Of a stretch of DNA of 64,000 bases, positions 17,472 through 28,975 are shown one piece after another. The stretch lies in NCBI GenBank assembly GCA_963845065.1, contig CAWJQQ010000005.1, positions 160,001-224,000 of the forward strand, written 5' to 3'. Position numbers and translations under genes: made by a program. The notes below the pieces were generated by a model that ran no database searches, had not been told where the DNA came from, and saw only the letters and a list, made by a program, of their open reading frames with translations. Each line of letters begins with the position of its first letter. The first letter of the stretch is position 1. Source of the DNA: Nitrospirota bacterium (GTDB taxonomy: Bacteria; Nitrospirota; UBA9217).

Positions 17472-18803
17472 TCAGTTGATCCCGTATTTTTTCAGCTTAA
17501 GGTAGAGCGTCTTGCGATCGATGCCGAGGAGCTGGCTCGCTTTCGATTGGTTGTTGCCCGCCTCCTTGAGCACCCTAAGGATGTAGTTCTTTTCCATTTC
17601 CTCTAGTGAGGGATTGACGTTCATGTCGGCGACCGCAGCGTAAGAAGAAATGGATAAGTCTTCAGCACCAATCCTGCCCGATTCGCACAGGATTACCGCC
17701 CGCTCGATGACGTTCTCGAGCTCCCGCACGTTGCCCGGCCAGTTGTATCCCGTGAGCAGATCCAGGGCTTCTGAAGTGAATTCATTGATGGATTTGGACA
17801 GCTTTTTCGAATATTTTCCTAAAAAATGGCGCGCCAGTTCGACGATATCTTCCTTCCGCTCCCTGAGCGGTGGGATTGTCACGTTAATCACGTTCAGCCG
17901 ATAATAGAGGTCCTCCCTAAAGTGACTCGCCTTGATCAGACCCAAAAGGTCCCTGTTAGTTGCTGCGATCATACGAACATCCACGCGCAGCGTCTTGTTC
18001 CCGCCCACTCTTCGAAACTCGCCGGAATCGAGGAAGCGCAGCAACTTCGCCTGTAGCCCAATAGGCATCTCGCTGATTTCGTCGAGAAAGAGTGTGCCCT
18101 TGTCCGCCACTTCTACAAGGCCATGTTTTGCCTGATAGGCGCTGGTAAATGCGCCCTTTTCGTGGCCGAAGATCTCGGATTCGATGAGGTTCTCCGACAG
18201 AGTTGCGCAGTTCAGGGGAATGAACGGTGCGTTCTTCCGTATGCTGTGGTGCCAGACCGTATTCGCGACGAGTTCCTTGCCGGTGCCGCTTTCGCCCTGG
18301 ATGAATACGGGCGAGTCTGTAGGCGCTACTTTTTGTATCATTGCCAGGATGTCCTGGAGCTGCCTGCTTTTACAGATGAATTCAAAAGGGGATTCTTTCC
18401 TGACCAATTCCTGTTCCAGGAGCTTGCTCTTAACGGCAAGGCGGCAGAACTCGTAGGCCCGGTCTATGACGATAATCAGTTCATCGAGCTTGTAGGGTTT
18501 GGTTAGATAATCGTAGGCTCCGTTTTTCATGGCCTCAACCGCAGTCTCCACCGTTGCCTTTCCTGTGAGGACGATGACCGCCGGCGCCCCGGAGTCCTCT
18601 TTCATTTTTTTCATGAGCGAGATGCCGTCGACACCGGGCATAACAACGTCGAGGAGGATGATGTCGAACGAACAGTCATGCAAAAGGCGTAATGCCTCAC
18701 CGCCATCGTGCGCTACTTGAACAGCGTACCCTTTTCTGGAAAGTTCTTTGTTCAGGAGCCGTCTAAACGGTTCTTCATCGTCAACAACGAGAATATTTAT
18801 CAT
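17472..18803 (-). CDS. sigma54-dependent response regulator (NtrC/AtoC family)
   Basis: Receiver VVDD..LLD..KP; GESGTGKE, ESEIFGHEKGAFTSA, LFLDE, WPGNVREL; Fis-type HTH. Confidence 0.95.
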   Translation of the reverse strand: MINILVVDDEEPFRRLLNKELSRKGYAVQVAHDGGEALRLLHDCSFDIILLDVVMPGVDGISLMKKMKEDSGAPAVIVLTGKATVETAVEAMKNGAYDYLTKPYKLDELIIVIDRAYEFCRLAVKSKLLEQELVRKESPFEFICKSRQLQDILAMIQKVAPTDSPVFIQGESGTGKELVANTVWHHSIRKNAPFIPLNCATLSENLIESEIFGHEKGAFTSAYQAKHGLVEVADKGTLFLDEISEMPIGLQAKLLRFLDSGEFRRVGGNKTLRVDVRMIAATNRDLLGLIKASHFREDLYYRLNVINVTIPPLRERKEDIVELARHFLGKYSKKLSKSINEFTSEALDLLTGYNWPGNVRELENVIERAVILCESGRIGAEDLSISSYAAVADMNVNPSLEEMEKNYILRVLKEAGNNQSKASQLLGIDRKTLYLKLKKYGIN

Positions 18804-18907
18804 AATTAAAAATGATGACTTCAATAAAATATAATATTAGATAACGCGGAGAAAACAATTCATCATTATGATGGTTGCCTCTGCGATATCTGCGGCAGTC
18901 ATGGATA

Positions 18908-20932
18908 TTACTCACGGCAAGTAATCGCAGGCAACGTGATGATGAACGTCGTACCTTTTCCGGGCGTGCTCTCTACATCGATGACGCCGCTGTGCTCCTC
19001 GACGATCCTGTGACTGATGGTAAGACCGAGTCCCGTACCTTCGCCTACGGGCCTGGTGGTAAAGAAAGGGTCGAATATTTTATCAATCAAGTCTTCAGGG
19101 ATTCCGCTTCCTGTGTCTGCGACAGAAAGCCGGACCCGGCTTGAACAATCGCTTGTTCTCGCTTCCTCCTTCGCATCGTCATGCTCCGTTTTAATGAAGA
19201 TACTTCCCCCCTCTGGCGTGAAGTAAATGGCATTCAAGAGAAGATTCATCAACAACTGCCGAAGACTGCCTGCATCGGCATAGATCTTCGGGACCTCTCG
19301 ATTCAAATCGAGTTCTAGTGTATGTTTCAACTTCGCCGTACGGTGTTTGAGCAAAAGAAGCACTTCCTTGATGAGCTCGTTGATGTCGATCTCGCGGAAA
19401 GTACCACCCGAGGGACGGGCAAATTCGAGCAGGCTCTTGAGGATGCCTTTGCACCGGAAGATCTCGCTGTGAATGGTCTTGAGATATTCAGGAAAGTCTT
19501 CGAACTCCGGCATGCCGTTAAAGACCGTGACGGTTGCCCGATCGAGCAGAGCTTCAGAGTAGCCCGCGATGATACCGAGCGGATTATTGATCTCATGAGC
19601 GATGCCCGCCACGAGCGTGCCAAGGGATGCAAGCTTATCCGTCCTTATGAGTTGCTGCTCGATGCGTTTCTGAGCTGTCACGTCCTTGAGATAATGGACG
19701 ATAGCGTAAAGCCGTCCTTCTTCGTCGATGAGGGGATAGGCCCAAAAATGAAATATACTGCCTCCCAAGTTTTTCAGTTCCTGGAATGACGGTCTCTTGC
19801 AAGCGAGTGTTTCGGAACAGAGACATCCGCTGGTGAGCGTGATGCCAATCCTGTCGAGCAGCGCTGCGCATGTTTTATCCATGATCTCAGTCTTGGAATA
19901 GCCAGTCCTTGCCAGGAGAGCATGGTTTGCACGGATCACCTTCTGCCTGCCATCTTCGATCCAAACCATGTCGGTGATGGCGTCGAAGGTTCTTTCCCAC
20001 TCTTTTTTTTCCTTCGAGATCTCTTCGAACAAAAGCGCGTTTTCTAGGGCGATGGCAATGTGTTTGGCCACCGGAAGGAGTATCTCGAAATCTTTCTCGG
20101 TGTACTGCGAGGGAGCGGTACTGTCGAAGTTGAACACGCCGAGCATCCGGTCGTGGAACAGAGGGATGCTGATCGTCGAGCGGATACCCTCGTACAGGAG
20201 CTTCCTGTCCAGTGGGAATGCCGTTTCTGTAAGATCGTAGCTGATCCAGGGTTTGTTGTTCCGGACCACCCATCCCGCACTCGTTCCTTCGTTCGGCGCG
20301 ATGACGCCTTTTTTCATTATAGTCTTCATCTCAGTGTCGAGCGCGAAGATCGTCAGGTTGTCATCCTTTTCATTATACAGCAGCAGACTCGCCCTGCTAT
20401 AGTCGATTATCTTCCGAAGTTCGGATACGACCATCCGAAAGATTGTTCCGATGCTCAGGCTCGAATTGATGATGCTGCTCAACTCGTTGATCAAATCAAC
20501 CTGGGTCGCCTTTTCCTGTAAGGGGAAACCGTAGCTAGTGGGATTGCTGTTGCGTACTAGGGCGTTTCGGACCACGATGATCATCCGGTCTAGATGCTGC
20601 TGCTTGTTCGGGATGACAGCAATCTGTGCTGTTAGAGGGCTGCCGTTTTTTCTGAAGCAGAATGCGCGAAGCGACGATAATTCTCTATTCCGGGCCGCAT
20701 CGATAAGCGAGGAAAAACCAGTTGCTTCACGCTCCCGGAGGATATTGTCAAGGGAAAGAAATTTCTCAAGGTTTCTGCCAATGACCTCTGCCCGGCTATA
20801 TTCGAAGACCTCACGCACGTGGTCATTGCAGGACAGGATAGTCCATCTATTGTCTACAATAAAAGCGGGCATATTCAGGACATCAAGCGTTCTAAGAAGC
20901 TCGGAACTATCCTTATCCAGCGTGATTTTCAT
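18908..20932 (-). CDS. soluble PAS-GAF-PAS sensor histidine kinase
   Basis: No TM segment; [11 protein letters not shown]-box, [25 protein letters not shown]. Confidence 0.92.
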   Translation of the reverse strand: MKITLDKDSSELLRTLDVLNMPAFIVDNRWTILSCNDHVREVFEYSRAEVIGRNLEKFLSLDNILREREATGFSSLIDAARNRELSSLRAFCFRKNGSPLTAQIAVIPNKQQHLDRMIIVVRNALVRNSNPTSYGFPLQEKATQVDLINELSSIINSSLSIGTIFRMVVSELRKIIDYSRASLLLYNEKDDNLTIFALDTEMKTIMKKGVIAPNEGTSAGWVVRNNKPWISYDLTETAFPLDRKLLYEGIRSTISIPLFHDRMLGVFNFDSTAPSQYTEKDFEILLPVAKHIAIALENALLFEEISKEKKEWERTFDAITDMVWIEDGRQKVIRANHALLARTGYSKTEIMDKTCAALLDRIGITLTSGCLCSETLACKRPSFQELKNLGGSIFHFWAYPLIDEEGRLYAIVHYLKDVTAQKRIEQQLIRTDKLASLGTLVAGIAHEINNPLGIIAGYSEALLDRATVTVFNGMPEFEDFPEYLKTIHSEIFRCKGILKSLLEFARPSGGTFREIDINELIKEVLLLLKHRTAKLKHTLELDLNREVPKIYADAGSLRQLLMNLLLNAIYFTPEGGSIFIKTEHDDAKEEARTSDCSSRVRLSVADTGSGIPEDLIDKIFDPFFTTRPVGEGTGLGLTISHRIVEEHSGVIDVESTPGKGTTFIITLPAITCRE

Positions 20933-21069
20933 ATAAATATATTAACATACTGCAATGTCTCCAGCAACAGGAAAGGAGATACTTTCAGTGGTAGGCTTGA
21001 CTCGGAGAATGATCAAGACTAATATTAACTTATTACTTTTTATTTTACGTTATGGGAGCAGTTTAAACA

Positions 21070-22014
21070 ATGAAAATCAGGATCGGACATCTTTCCACGT
21101 TCTATCACACGGCAGTGCTGTTGATGGCCCAGCAAACCGCCGATGAGCGTTTGGGGGCCGAGGTCGAATGGAAGCTCATGGGCACGGGCCCGGCGATAAT
21201 GGCAGCATTCCGACGCGGCGATCTTGATATGGCCTACATAGGGCTGCCTCCGGCAATCATCGGCATAAGCCAGGACATCAAGGTTGTCTGCGTAGCAGGG
21301 GGACACGTGGAAGGCACGGTCCTGGCAGGAAAACCTCAATGGAAGGCATTCCCCGAGGCTGCAGACTTGAGCACAGTACTGGGACAGTTCCGTGGACACA
21401 AAATCGGTGTGCCGGGTAAGGGTTCCATTCATGACGTCATTCTGAAAAACTGTATCGAACAGCAGGGTCTCAAACGCGAGATAGAGATAGTGAACTTTCC
21501 GTGGGCTGACCTCGTGACAGAGGCTGTGGCCAAAAATGAGGTCGCTGCTGCCATGGGGACGCCGGCACTTGCCATCGCGATCAATCGCTTTACCGGCGGC
21601 AAAGTGCTGTATCCCTCGTCAAAACTCTGGCCCAACAATCCGAGTTATGGGATCGTTACAGATAATGGTTTTTTGGAGCGGGAGCGAGAGCGGGTGGAGA
21701 AGTTCCTTTTTCTTCATGAAGAGGCCACGGCGTTTATTAGAAAAGAGCCGGCAAAGGCAGCACGGGTAATTGCGGATTTTGTCTCCATTGTAGAGGAGGA
21801 CTTTGTCCTAGACACATTCATGATTTCGCCGAAATACTGCGCAAAGCTTACCGAGGGTTATATCGCTGCGACCATGAAGTTCATACCGGTACTGAAACAG
21901 TTGGGATATCTTCAAAAAGAAGTTCCACAGGAGAGGATCTTTTCCTGTGATCTTATTGATAGAATTCATCCCGGGCCGGACCATTATGGCGACGGAATCA
22001 ATATCGCCGGATGA
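21070..22014 (+). CDS. SsuA/TauA/NrtA-like solute-binding protein without signal peptide
   Basis: IRIGHL, TGPAIMAAF..GDLDMAYIGLPPAI, IGVPGKGSIHDV; no permease or ATPase gene adjacent. Confidence 0.78.
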   Translation: MKIRIGHLSTFYHTAVLLMAQQTADERLGAEVEWKLMGTGPAIMAAFRRGDLDMAYIGLPPAIIGISQDIKVVCVAGGHVEGTVLAGKPQWKAFPEAADLSTVLGQFRGHKIGVPGKGSIHDVILKNCIEQQGLKREIEIVNFPWADLVTEAVAKNEVAAAMGTPALAIAINRFTGGKVLYPSSKLWPNNPSYGIVTDNGFLERERERVEKFLFLHEEATAFIRKEPAKAARVIADFVSIVEEDFVLDTFMISPKYCAKLTEGYIAATMKFIPVLKQLGYLQKEVPQERIFSCDLIDRIHPGPDHYGDGINIAG

Positions 22015-22023
22015 TGTGATGGC

Positions 22024-22329
22024 TCAGCTGGTGGTGTAATCAACGACAGACCTTCGTTCCCTCACCGTGCCGATAAATTCAGCGACTTTCAGGTGATCAG
22101 GGTGTTTTTGGTATGTTTCGAGGTCTTTCTCGTTTTCGAATTCGGAATAGAGCACAACATCATAGGATCCTTCTGAAGGAATACTATTCAAGCCGACTTC
22201 GATATGCTTGATCTGCGGAATTTTGCTCTTCAGTGCTTCGAGATCGTTCTTCATTTTTTTGGCATTCTGAATCCGGTCTCCACATACTGCAACTTCCTTA
22301 AGCTTCCACATGACAATATGCTTGATCAT
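22024..22329 (-). CDS. Dabb family stress-responsive alpha/beta barrel protein
   Basis: MIKHIVMWKLK..YDVVLYSEF..YQKHPDH..VVDY. Confidence 0.88.
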   Translation of the reverse strand: MIKHIVMWKLKEVAVCGDRIQNAKKMKNDLEALKSKIPQIKHIEVGLNSIPSEGSYDVVLYSEFENEKDLETYQKHPDHLKVAEFIGTVRERRSVVDYTTS

Positions 22330-22482
22330 AATTACCCTCCTTCGAGTTAATACAGTATACAGAGCAACGTTTTTTCAGTTGAACTCCTTTTCCATACTTT
22401 GTATGATAGCGACTAGTATACGATCTACATCAAATACGCTTTAACACGATAATACATAGAGAATTGAAAAAGGGCAAGTAAT

Positions 22483-23232
22483 ATGGCGGATATAGCAAAG
22501 AAACTAATTTTAATGCTTTGCTGCTTGGTTTTTCTTGCATCCTGCTTGGCGAAAAAACCTACAATTGCAGCTGAATCCCCACAGTCTAAAACTAAAGCGT
22601 ACCAAAAGCCCTATACTGTCAACGGTATGCGATATGAACCCTTGGCAAGTAATGAAGGTTTTGTGCAGACCGGGATAGCAAGCTGGTATGGAAAAGACTT
22701 TCACGGAAAGAAGACAAGCAATGGGGAGAGGTATGATATGAACGCCATGACCGCTGCACACAAGACGCTTCCGCTCGGCGTGTACGTTAAAATCAGGAAC
22801 ACTAACAACGGAAATGAAGCAATCGTACGAGTCAATGACCGAGGCCCTTTTGTGAAGGGCAGGATTATTGACCTTTCCTATGCAGCTGCGAAGAAACTAG
22901 GTGTAGACATCGTGGGGACTGCTCCGGTCAGGATCGAGGCGTTGGGCTATCGGGCCAGCGGAGATAAAACCTATCGAACCCCAGACTCGTACGATGCCGG
23001 CAACTATACGGTTCAGGTCGGATCATTCAAGGAATATGGCAATGCGCACCGCTTATGTGAAGAAATGAAAAAACGCTACGGTTTTTCGGAAGTTCACATG
23101 ACGAATGTCCATAGAGATAAATTCTACCGGGTCTATGCAGGTAATTATCCTTCACTCCATGTAGCGGAAAAAGCCGAAAGGGAATTTTCTGACCACGGAT
23201 ATCCCGGAAGCTTTACGGTATCACTTGACTGA
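22483..23232 (+). CDS. rlpA: septal ring lytic transglycosylase RlpA lipoprotein with SPOR domain
   Basis: Lipobox LASC; GIASWYG..FHG..TAAHKTLP..VRVNDRGPF..RIIDLS; C-terminal VQVGSF. Confidence 0.92.
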   Translation: MADIAKKLILMLCCLVFLASCLAKKPTIAAESPQSKTKAYQKPYTVNGMRYEPLASNEGFVQTGIASWYGKDFHGKKTSNGERYDMNAMTAAHKTLPLGVYVKIRNTNNGNEAIVRVNDRGPFVKGRIIDLSYAAAKKLGVDIVGTAPVRIEALGYRASGDKTYRTPDSYDAGNYTVQVGSFKEYGNAHRLCEEMKKRYGFSEVHMTNVHRDKFYRVYAGNYPSLHVAEKAEREFSDHGYPGSFTVSLD

Positions 23233-23475
23233 CAATAAGAAGCCTGTAACGAAGCGTTTTAAAAAGCAAGCCTATCTGTTCTGACATCTAAGTGATTCCG
23301 ATGACTCCCTTAGTGATGTAAGCCTACCTCATTAGTGCCTCGGTACTAGCAACGATAGCGTCTTTTTGGAAGATAATGTCAATGTCGGGGAAATTGCCAG
23401 CAATATATTCTCAAAACAAGGGCTTTCCACAATATAGCCATACTTGAAAAAATGCAGTATGTTCCGATATATTAC

Positions 23476-26400
23476 TTATTTGTTTTTCTCGCACCAGGCG
23501 TGTGCATTTTGGAACATCTTAAGCCAGGGAGAGGCTTTTAGTGACTTTTTGACGTCCTCGGGTATCCATCCCCACTGCCAGGTAAGTACGACGCGCTCGG
23601 GATGGGGCATCATGGCAAGGTGACGTCCGTCAGTTGAGCAAAGCGCAGCGATACCGTTCGGTGAACCGTTCGGATTGAAGGGATAGGTTTCAGTGATTTT
23701 GGATTCATCATCAACGTAGCGGATTGGAGCTAGTCCAAACTCGCATTCGTTGTACATGTGTGTGTCAGGGAAGTACACGAGGCCCTCACCATGTGCGATC
23801 CAGATGCCGAGCACGGAGTTCTCCATGCCAGCGAGCATGATTGACGGGCTGTTTACTATCTTCACGGTCGAGAAGCGCGACTCGAATCGACCTGACGTGT
23901 TGTGGATGAAGCGCGGCTGGAGTTCGTCGGCAATACCTCGCCAAGGCACCCAACCTAAGAGTGCCATGAGCTGGCAGCCGTTGCATACACCGAGGCTGAA
24001 CGTATTAGAGCGGTAGTAAAATTTTTCAAACTGGTTCCAAAGCTTTTTATTAAACCGAATAGACGCAGACCAGCCCTTGGCGGAATCTAGCACATCGGCA
24101 TAGCTGAACCCACCGACAAAGACCACTCCACGAAATTGGTCGAGGGTAATGCGGCCTTCGAGCAGGTCTGTCACTGTCACGTCCCAAGGTTCGAACCCGG
24201 CGAGAAAAAATGCAGAAGCCATCTCGCGATCGCCATTGCTTCCCTCTTCACGGATGATAGCGACTTTGGGTTTTGATGTTCTGCAGAGTAGATCAACTGC
24301 GGTTAGTTTCGGTGCAAAGGTAATGAGAAAGGACGGACCTTTTCTATCATAGATATTATTTCGTTCTTCTCGGATGTTTTCAGGGTTCCGCTGCATGAGA
24401 TCAAGATGGTGGCTCGTTTCTTCCCAGATGTTGCGGAGCACGCGCATGTCTTCATCTAAAACAGTGCAGAAGGTGGAACCCAGAGTGCTGAATGAAAAGA
24501 TGATTCGTTTAGCTAAGGCTGTTTTGCCGATTACTTTATAGGGCACTGCAGCTTTATCCAGTATAGAAAAGACTTTTGATTCCTCCGACGGAAGATATTC
24601 CATCACAAACCCGAGTTCTTCGGAAAAAAAAGCGGCCACGGCGTCATTCTTTGCTTCAAGGTTGATCTCGATTCCGCAGTTTCCGGAGAAGGCCATTTCG
24701 AGCAGCGTAGTTGCGAGACCTCCATCCGAACGGTCATGGCCGGCAAGAATAAGCCTGTCTGCTATAAGATTCTGCACAGCTATAAACGTTCTCGTCAGAA
24801 GATCGGGATCATCGAGATCAGGAGATGTATCTCCGACCTGGTTGAAAACCTGTGCGAGCGCTGAGCCACCGAGTCGATTTTGTCCAGAGCCAAGGTCGAT
24901 ATAGAGAAGCTTGCTTTTACCTGGCGCTTTAAGGTCCGGTGTCACCGTCTTGGTGATATCCGGGCAAGTAACGTAAGCAGAAATCACAAGCGTTCCGGGA
25001 GATTTCACGGTTTCATTCGTGCCGTCAGGGTTTGTAACTTTGGCGGCCATGGATAGGCTGTCCTTACCACCATCAACTGCTATGCCGAGCTCAATCATTA
25101 CGTCGCGCATGGCTACAGCGGCATCGTATAGCCGGCTGCCCTCGCCCGGAAGTTTCGGGGCCCACATCCAGTTTGCTGAGCAGCGGATGTCGCCGAGAGC
25201 AGATACCTGCGCCCAGACGATGTTCGTGAGCGCCTCGCCAACGCTCATTCTGGCCATAGCAGCCGGGTTGATCAATCCTTTTATCGGCTGTTCGCCGATG
25301 GAGCAAGCGGCACCGGTTAAGCCAAAGTGGGACTGCGCGATCACGGCCACATCGGACACTGTAAGCTGCAAGGGGCCTGCGCATTGCTGTTGGGCGATGA
25401 GGCCGGTTACTGAACGATCGACCTTGTTCGTGAGGAAGCGCTTGGAGCCCACCGAGACAAGGCGCAACACGCGGTCCAGAACTTTCCGGACAGTTAGGTC
25501 TTTTGGAAGGTCAAGCGGTTTAAGTGATATCTCCCTTCGGTCTAGTTTGAACACCTTTTGAGGCATGTCGCCGAGAACCTTAGCGAGTTCTAGGTTCTCC
25601 GGCGTCGATTTGTCGAATTCATCATAGAGTGCAATATAGCCGTCGCCAGTAACCGTGCCAATTTCGGCCATGGGTACCTTTTCGCGTTCACAAAGCGATC
25701 TGAAAAGGCTTTGATGCTCTGGCTTCAAGAGTACAGCGTTCTGTTCTTGATACTCGGCACCCCAAATCTCGAGGACTGAGAGTGTATTGTCTCCGACAGG
25801 AATGTGTCGAATATCAATCTTTGCACCAGCCGGGTAAACGATTTCTTTTACAACATTACAATTGCCTCCAGCACCCTGGTCGTGGATGCTCTGGATCGGG
25901 TTTCTCTCACCAAGCTCAACGCACGCGCGGATCACCCGGTTTAGTTTCTGCTCCATCTCGGCGTCTCCGCGCTGGACAGCGTTAAAATCAAGCTCTGCTA
26001 TGTTTTCGCCTTGAATCATGGATGAAGCAGCGCCACCGCCCATGCCAATGCGGTACGCAGGACCGCCGATCTTTACGACGAGCATTCCTTTTTGGGCTAC
26101 GGTCTTCTTGGTATTGAGCGAGTCCATCTGACCGATGCCAGCGGAGAACATGATCGGCTTTAGCCACTCACGTCGTTCGCCGTCAGGAAGCCGAAGGCCG
26201 AAAGAGCGCGTGAATCCTTGTATGACCGGCTCGCCAAACTTGTTGCCGTAGTCCGAGGCACCGTTGCTTGCCTCAAGCTCGATCTGGAGAGGCGTCGCAA
26301 GATTATTAGGATATGCATAGGACGTATCTTCCCACGAAAGTTCATATCCCGGGATGCAGAGGTTGCCTACGCAGTAAGCCGCAGTGCCTGCTACAACGAG

Positions 26401-27432
26401 CCCGCCCGTGCCGGTTGCTTGAACATCGCGGATGCGGCCTCCGGTGCCAGTCTCGGCCCCCGGGAAAGGTGCTACGCCTGAGGGAAAATTATGGGTTTCC
26501 GCAGTAAGAATGATATGATATTTTCGATTCGTTACACGGAATGCCGAAGGTTTGCCGATCACCTTGGGAATGATTGTCGTAAGGTCGTAGCCTTCTATCG
26601 CGCTCGAATTATCGCTGAAGGCTATGATGCTGTTGTTTGGATTAGCCTCATAGGTTGCCTTGACGATCTTCATCAAGGTCTCCGGGACCTCTCTATTATC
26701 CACTATGAGCTTGCCTCGGAAGAACCAGTGGCGAGAGTGTTCGCTGTTCGATTGCGAAAGGTCGAAGCATTCCACATTAGTCGGGTTACGCTTGATCTCT
26801 TTTACGAAGAGGTTCGTGTAATAATCAAGGTCCCAGTTATCAAGGCCAAGGCCCATTTCCTGGTTGATCTTTTCAAGCGCAGGTCTCCCCTGCTCCATAA
26901 GAGGTATGATGCGGACCGGGTCTGGCTTGATCCCGGTTTCGAAAGTTCTGAGTGGAACGGGATAAGGACATTCTGTCATGCGGTCATGAACAAGTGACAA
27001 GAATGCGTTCTCCTGGTCCTTTGTTAACGAGATATTCGCAGCTAGCCAAAGACGGTAGCGTCGTGACCTCTCGATTCGCGAAATTTTACTAAGTCCGCAG
27101 GCATGGCAGACCGATACGGCGTTCGTTGACCAGGCTGTTGTGAAGTTCATGCGGGGTCCGACTTCAAGAATCAATTGCGGATTGGAGATTATGGATTGCG
27201 GAGTGAAAAAAGTCTTGTCTGAGAAATTTCCGGGCTCGAAGGTCTCAGCAAGGAGCCAGCGCAGTAAATGCATCTCGTCGCCTGTCAAACGGCTGTCAGC
27301 CGCGACATTAAAGCAGAATTCGGTCTCGATTGCGTTGATGGCGGGTGACACTTTATGCTGTGCTATCACGACTAGGCCGGCAGCCTGGTAGGCCGATAGG
27401 GCAGGTGTGCGATAGAGATGAAAGAGGGCCAT
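23476..27432 (-). CDS. purL: phosphoribosylformylglycinamidine synthase, large single-chain form
   Basis: QSNSEHSRH, ETHNFP, DQGAGG, GGKDSLSM, GGFSYAD, LGVCNGCQ, MMPHPER; 1318 aa. Confidence 0.97.
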   Translation of the reverse strand: MALFHLYRTPALSAYQAAGLVVIAQHKVSPAINAIETEFCFNVAADSRLTGDEMHLLRWLLAETFEPGNFSDKTFFTPQSIISNPQLILEVGPRMNFTTAWSTNAVSVCHACGLSKISRIERSRRYRLWLAANISLTKDQENAFLSLVHDRMTECPYPVPLRTFETGIKPDPVRIIPLMEQGRPALEKINQEMGLGLDNWDLDYYTNLFVKEIKRNPTNVECFDLSQSNSEHSRHWFFRGKLIVDNREVPETLMKIVKATYEANPNNSIIAFSDNSSAIEGYDLTTIIPKVIGKPSAFRVTNRKYHIILTAETHNFPSGVAPFPGAETGTGGRIRDVQATGTGGLVVAGTAAYCVGNLCIPGYELSWEDTSYAYPNNLATPLQIELEASNGASDYGNKFGEPVIQGFTRSFGLRLPDGERREWLKPIMFSAGIGQMDSLNTKKTVAQKGMLVVKIGGPAYRIGMGGGAASSMIQGENIAELDFNAVQRGDAEMEQKLNRVIRACVELGERNPIQSIHDQGAGGNCNVVKEIVYPAGAKIDIRHIPVGDNTLSVLEIWGAEYQEQNAVLLKPEHQSLFRSLCEREKVPMAEIGTVTGDGYIALYDEFDKSTPENLELAKVLGDMPQKVFKLDRREISLKPLDLPKDLTVRKVLDRVLRLVSVGSKRFLTNKVDRSVTGLIAQQQCAGPLQLTVSDVAVIAQSHFGLTGAACSIGEQPIKGLINPAAMARMSVGEALTNIVWAQVSALGDIRCSANWMWAPKLPGEGSRLYDAAVAMRDVMIELGIAVDGGKDSLSMAAKVTNPDGTNETVKSPGTLVISAYVTCPDITKTVTPDLKAPGKSKLLYIDLGSGQNRLGGSALAQVFNQVGDTSPDLDDPDLLTRTFIAVQNLIADRLILAGHDRSDGGLATTLLEMAFSGNCGIEINLEAKNDAVAAFFSEELGFVMEYLPSEESKVFSILDKAAVPYKVIGKTALAKRIIFSFSTLGSTFCTVLDEDMRVLRNIWEETSHHLDLMQRNPENIREERNNIYDRKGPSFLITFAPKLTAVDLLCRTSKPKVAIIREEGSNGDREMASAFFLAGFEPWDVTVTDLLEGRITLDQFRGVVFVGGFSYADVLDSAKGWSASIRFNKKLWNQFEKFYYRSNTFSLGVCNGCQLMALLGWVPWRGIADELQPRFIHNTSGRFESRFSTVKIVNSPSIMLAGMENSVLGIWIAHGEGLVYFPDTHMYNECEFGLAPIRYVDDESKITETYPFNPNGSPNGIAALCSTDGRHLAMMPHPERVVLTWQWGWIPEDVKKSLKASPWLKMFQNAHAWCEKNK

Positions 27433-27606
27433 AATTGTCTCGTTATTGTATTCCAGTGATTCGATAGGGACAGCGGAAACAGGAAATACAGAGAATGTGA
27501 GAAAGTGGGGGAAGTAAGAATTGATTAAAAACAGGTGTTTTTTTTCGCCTCCCCTTTTTCTTCACATTTTTGTCGTTTTGTTCAAGCTCGTTAGCAATCG
27601 AAAGGG

Positions 27607-28002
27607 TTACCGGTCTGTCAGCGACACGACCTTCTGCTCAACGGCCTTCGCCTCTTTCGGCATTTCACATTTTCCATTAAAGATAACACCCTCTTCAATG
27701 ATGAGCTTCGGCGTTCTTACGTTGCCCTCGATACTGGCTGGGGCGATGACATGTACTTTCTGGGCTGCGTTAATGTTACCCACGACCGTGCCGCTTGAAA
27801 TGAGCGTTCCGACGGTAATTTCACCCTTTAGGAATGCGCCATCTCCGGCTATCAAGGTGTCTTTAGAGACAACCTCCCCTTCGACTTTGCCGTCGACACG
27901 GATAGTGCCTTCGAAACTGAGCACTCCCTTGAACTCTGTGCCCTTGCCAAGGAACGCAGTGATCTCAGACTGTTCCGGTGATCCTGAACCTTTCTTCAAC
28001 AT
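27607..28002 (-). CDS. bactofilin (polymer-forming cytoskeletal protein)
   Basis: FLGKGTEFKG.L.F.G.IRVDG..EG..LIIEEGVIFNG.C.M; GAGGAGG before ATG 28002. Confidence 0.9.
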   Translation of the reverse strand: MLKKGSGSPEQSEITAFLGKGTEFKGVLSFEGTIRVDGKVEGEVVSKDTLIAGDGAFLKGEITVGTLISSGTVVGNINAAQKVHVIAPASIEGNVRTPKLIIEEGVIFNGKCEMPKEAKAVEQKVVSLTDR

Positions 28003-28129
28003 GAATACATCCTCCTCGAAAGATCTCAAATTGCTTTTACCATGAAGTCGCTACGATGCGAAGTACTTCGAAGTTCTGTATTTTCACATCATGCCTCGGT
28101 TTCTTTGTTATAAATAAGTGTATTATTTA

Positions 28130-28975
28130 TTATCCTATCCTCTCCAGGATCCGGTCCAACTCCGCAGGCGAGTAATACTCGATCACAATTCTGCCACCTT
28201 TCGATTTCGACGTGATGCTCACCTTGGTGCCGAGCGATTTCCTGAGTTTTTCTTCGACCGCTTTCAGCTCTTGGTTTTGCCCTGTTCTCTTTTCTTTCGG
28301 CGGGCTTTTGAGCCGCGAGGCAAGAGCCTCCGACTCTCGCACGGATAGACTCTTTCTCACAATCAAGGTCGCCACCTGGAGCTGGTCGCGTACGCGCTCG
28401 AGGGACAATAGTGCCTTAGCGTGACCCATACTTATTGCACCTGTAGCGAGATCATGCTTGACCTCTTTCGGCAGTCCAAGCAGGCGAAGGAAGTTCGTAA
28501 CCGTCGAGCGTTCTTTTCCGACCCGCTTTGCAAGATCTTCCTGAGTTAGCTTAAACTCGTCTAGGAGCCGTTTGTACGCCTCGGCTGCTTCGAGAGGGTT
28601 CAGGTCTTCGCGCTGAATATTTTCTATCAGCGCCATCTCGAGGAACTCGCGCTTGGTGGCTTCTTTTACGAGTGCAGGGATAGTCTTGAGCCCGGCGAGA
28701 CGCGACGCGCGCCATCTCCGTTCTCCGGCGATCAATTGAAAGCCGCTGACTGCCCGGTGCACGATGATTGGCTGGATCACACCCTGCTCTTTGATCGAAG
28801 CAGCAAGCTCCTGCAGCTTGTCGTCACTGAAAATCTTGCGCGGCTGATATTCGTTTGGGACGATCTTGTCCAGATCAATCTCAATGATTCCGAGCGCTTT
28901 CTTCTCCTTGTCATCGAGTAAAGACAAATCGGGAATGAGCGCGCCGAGACCTTTACCGAGCGCCTGCTTTTGCAT
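28130..28975 (-). CDS. parB: chromosome partitioning protein ParB/Spo0J
   Basis: [37 protein letters not shown]. Confidence 0.96.
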   Translation of the reverse strand: MQKQALGKGLGALIPDLSLLDDKEKKALGIIEIDLDKIVPNEYQPRKIFSDDKLQELAASIKEQGVIQPIIVHRAVSGFQLIAGERRWRASRLAGLKTIPALVKEATKREFLEMALIENIQREDLNPLEAAEAYKRLLDEFKLTQEDLAKRVGKERSTVTNFLRLLGLPKEVKHDLATGAISMGHAKALLSLERVRDQLQVATLIVRKSLSVRESEALASRLKSPPKEKRTGQNQELKAVEEKLRKSLGTKVSITSKSKGGRIVIEYYSPAELDRILERIG

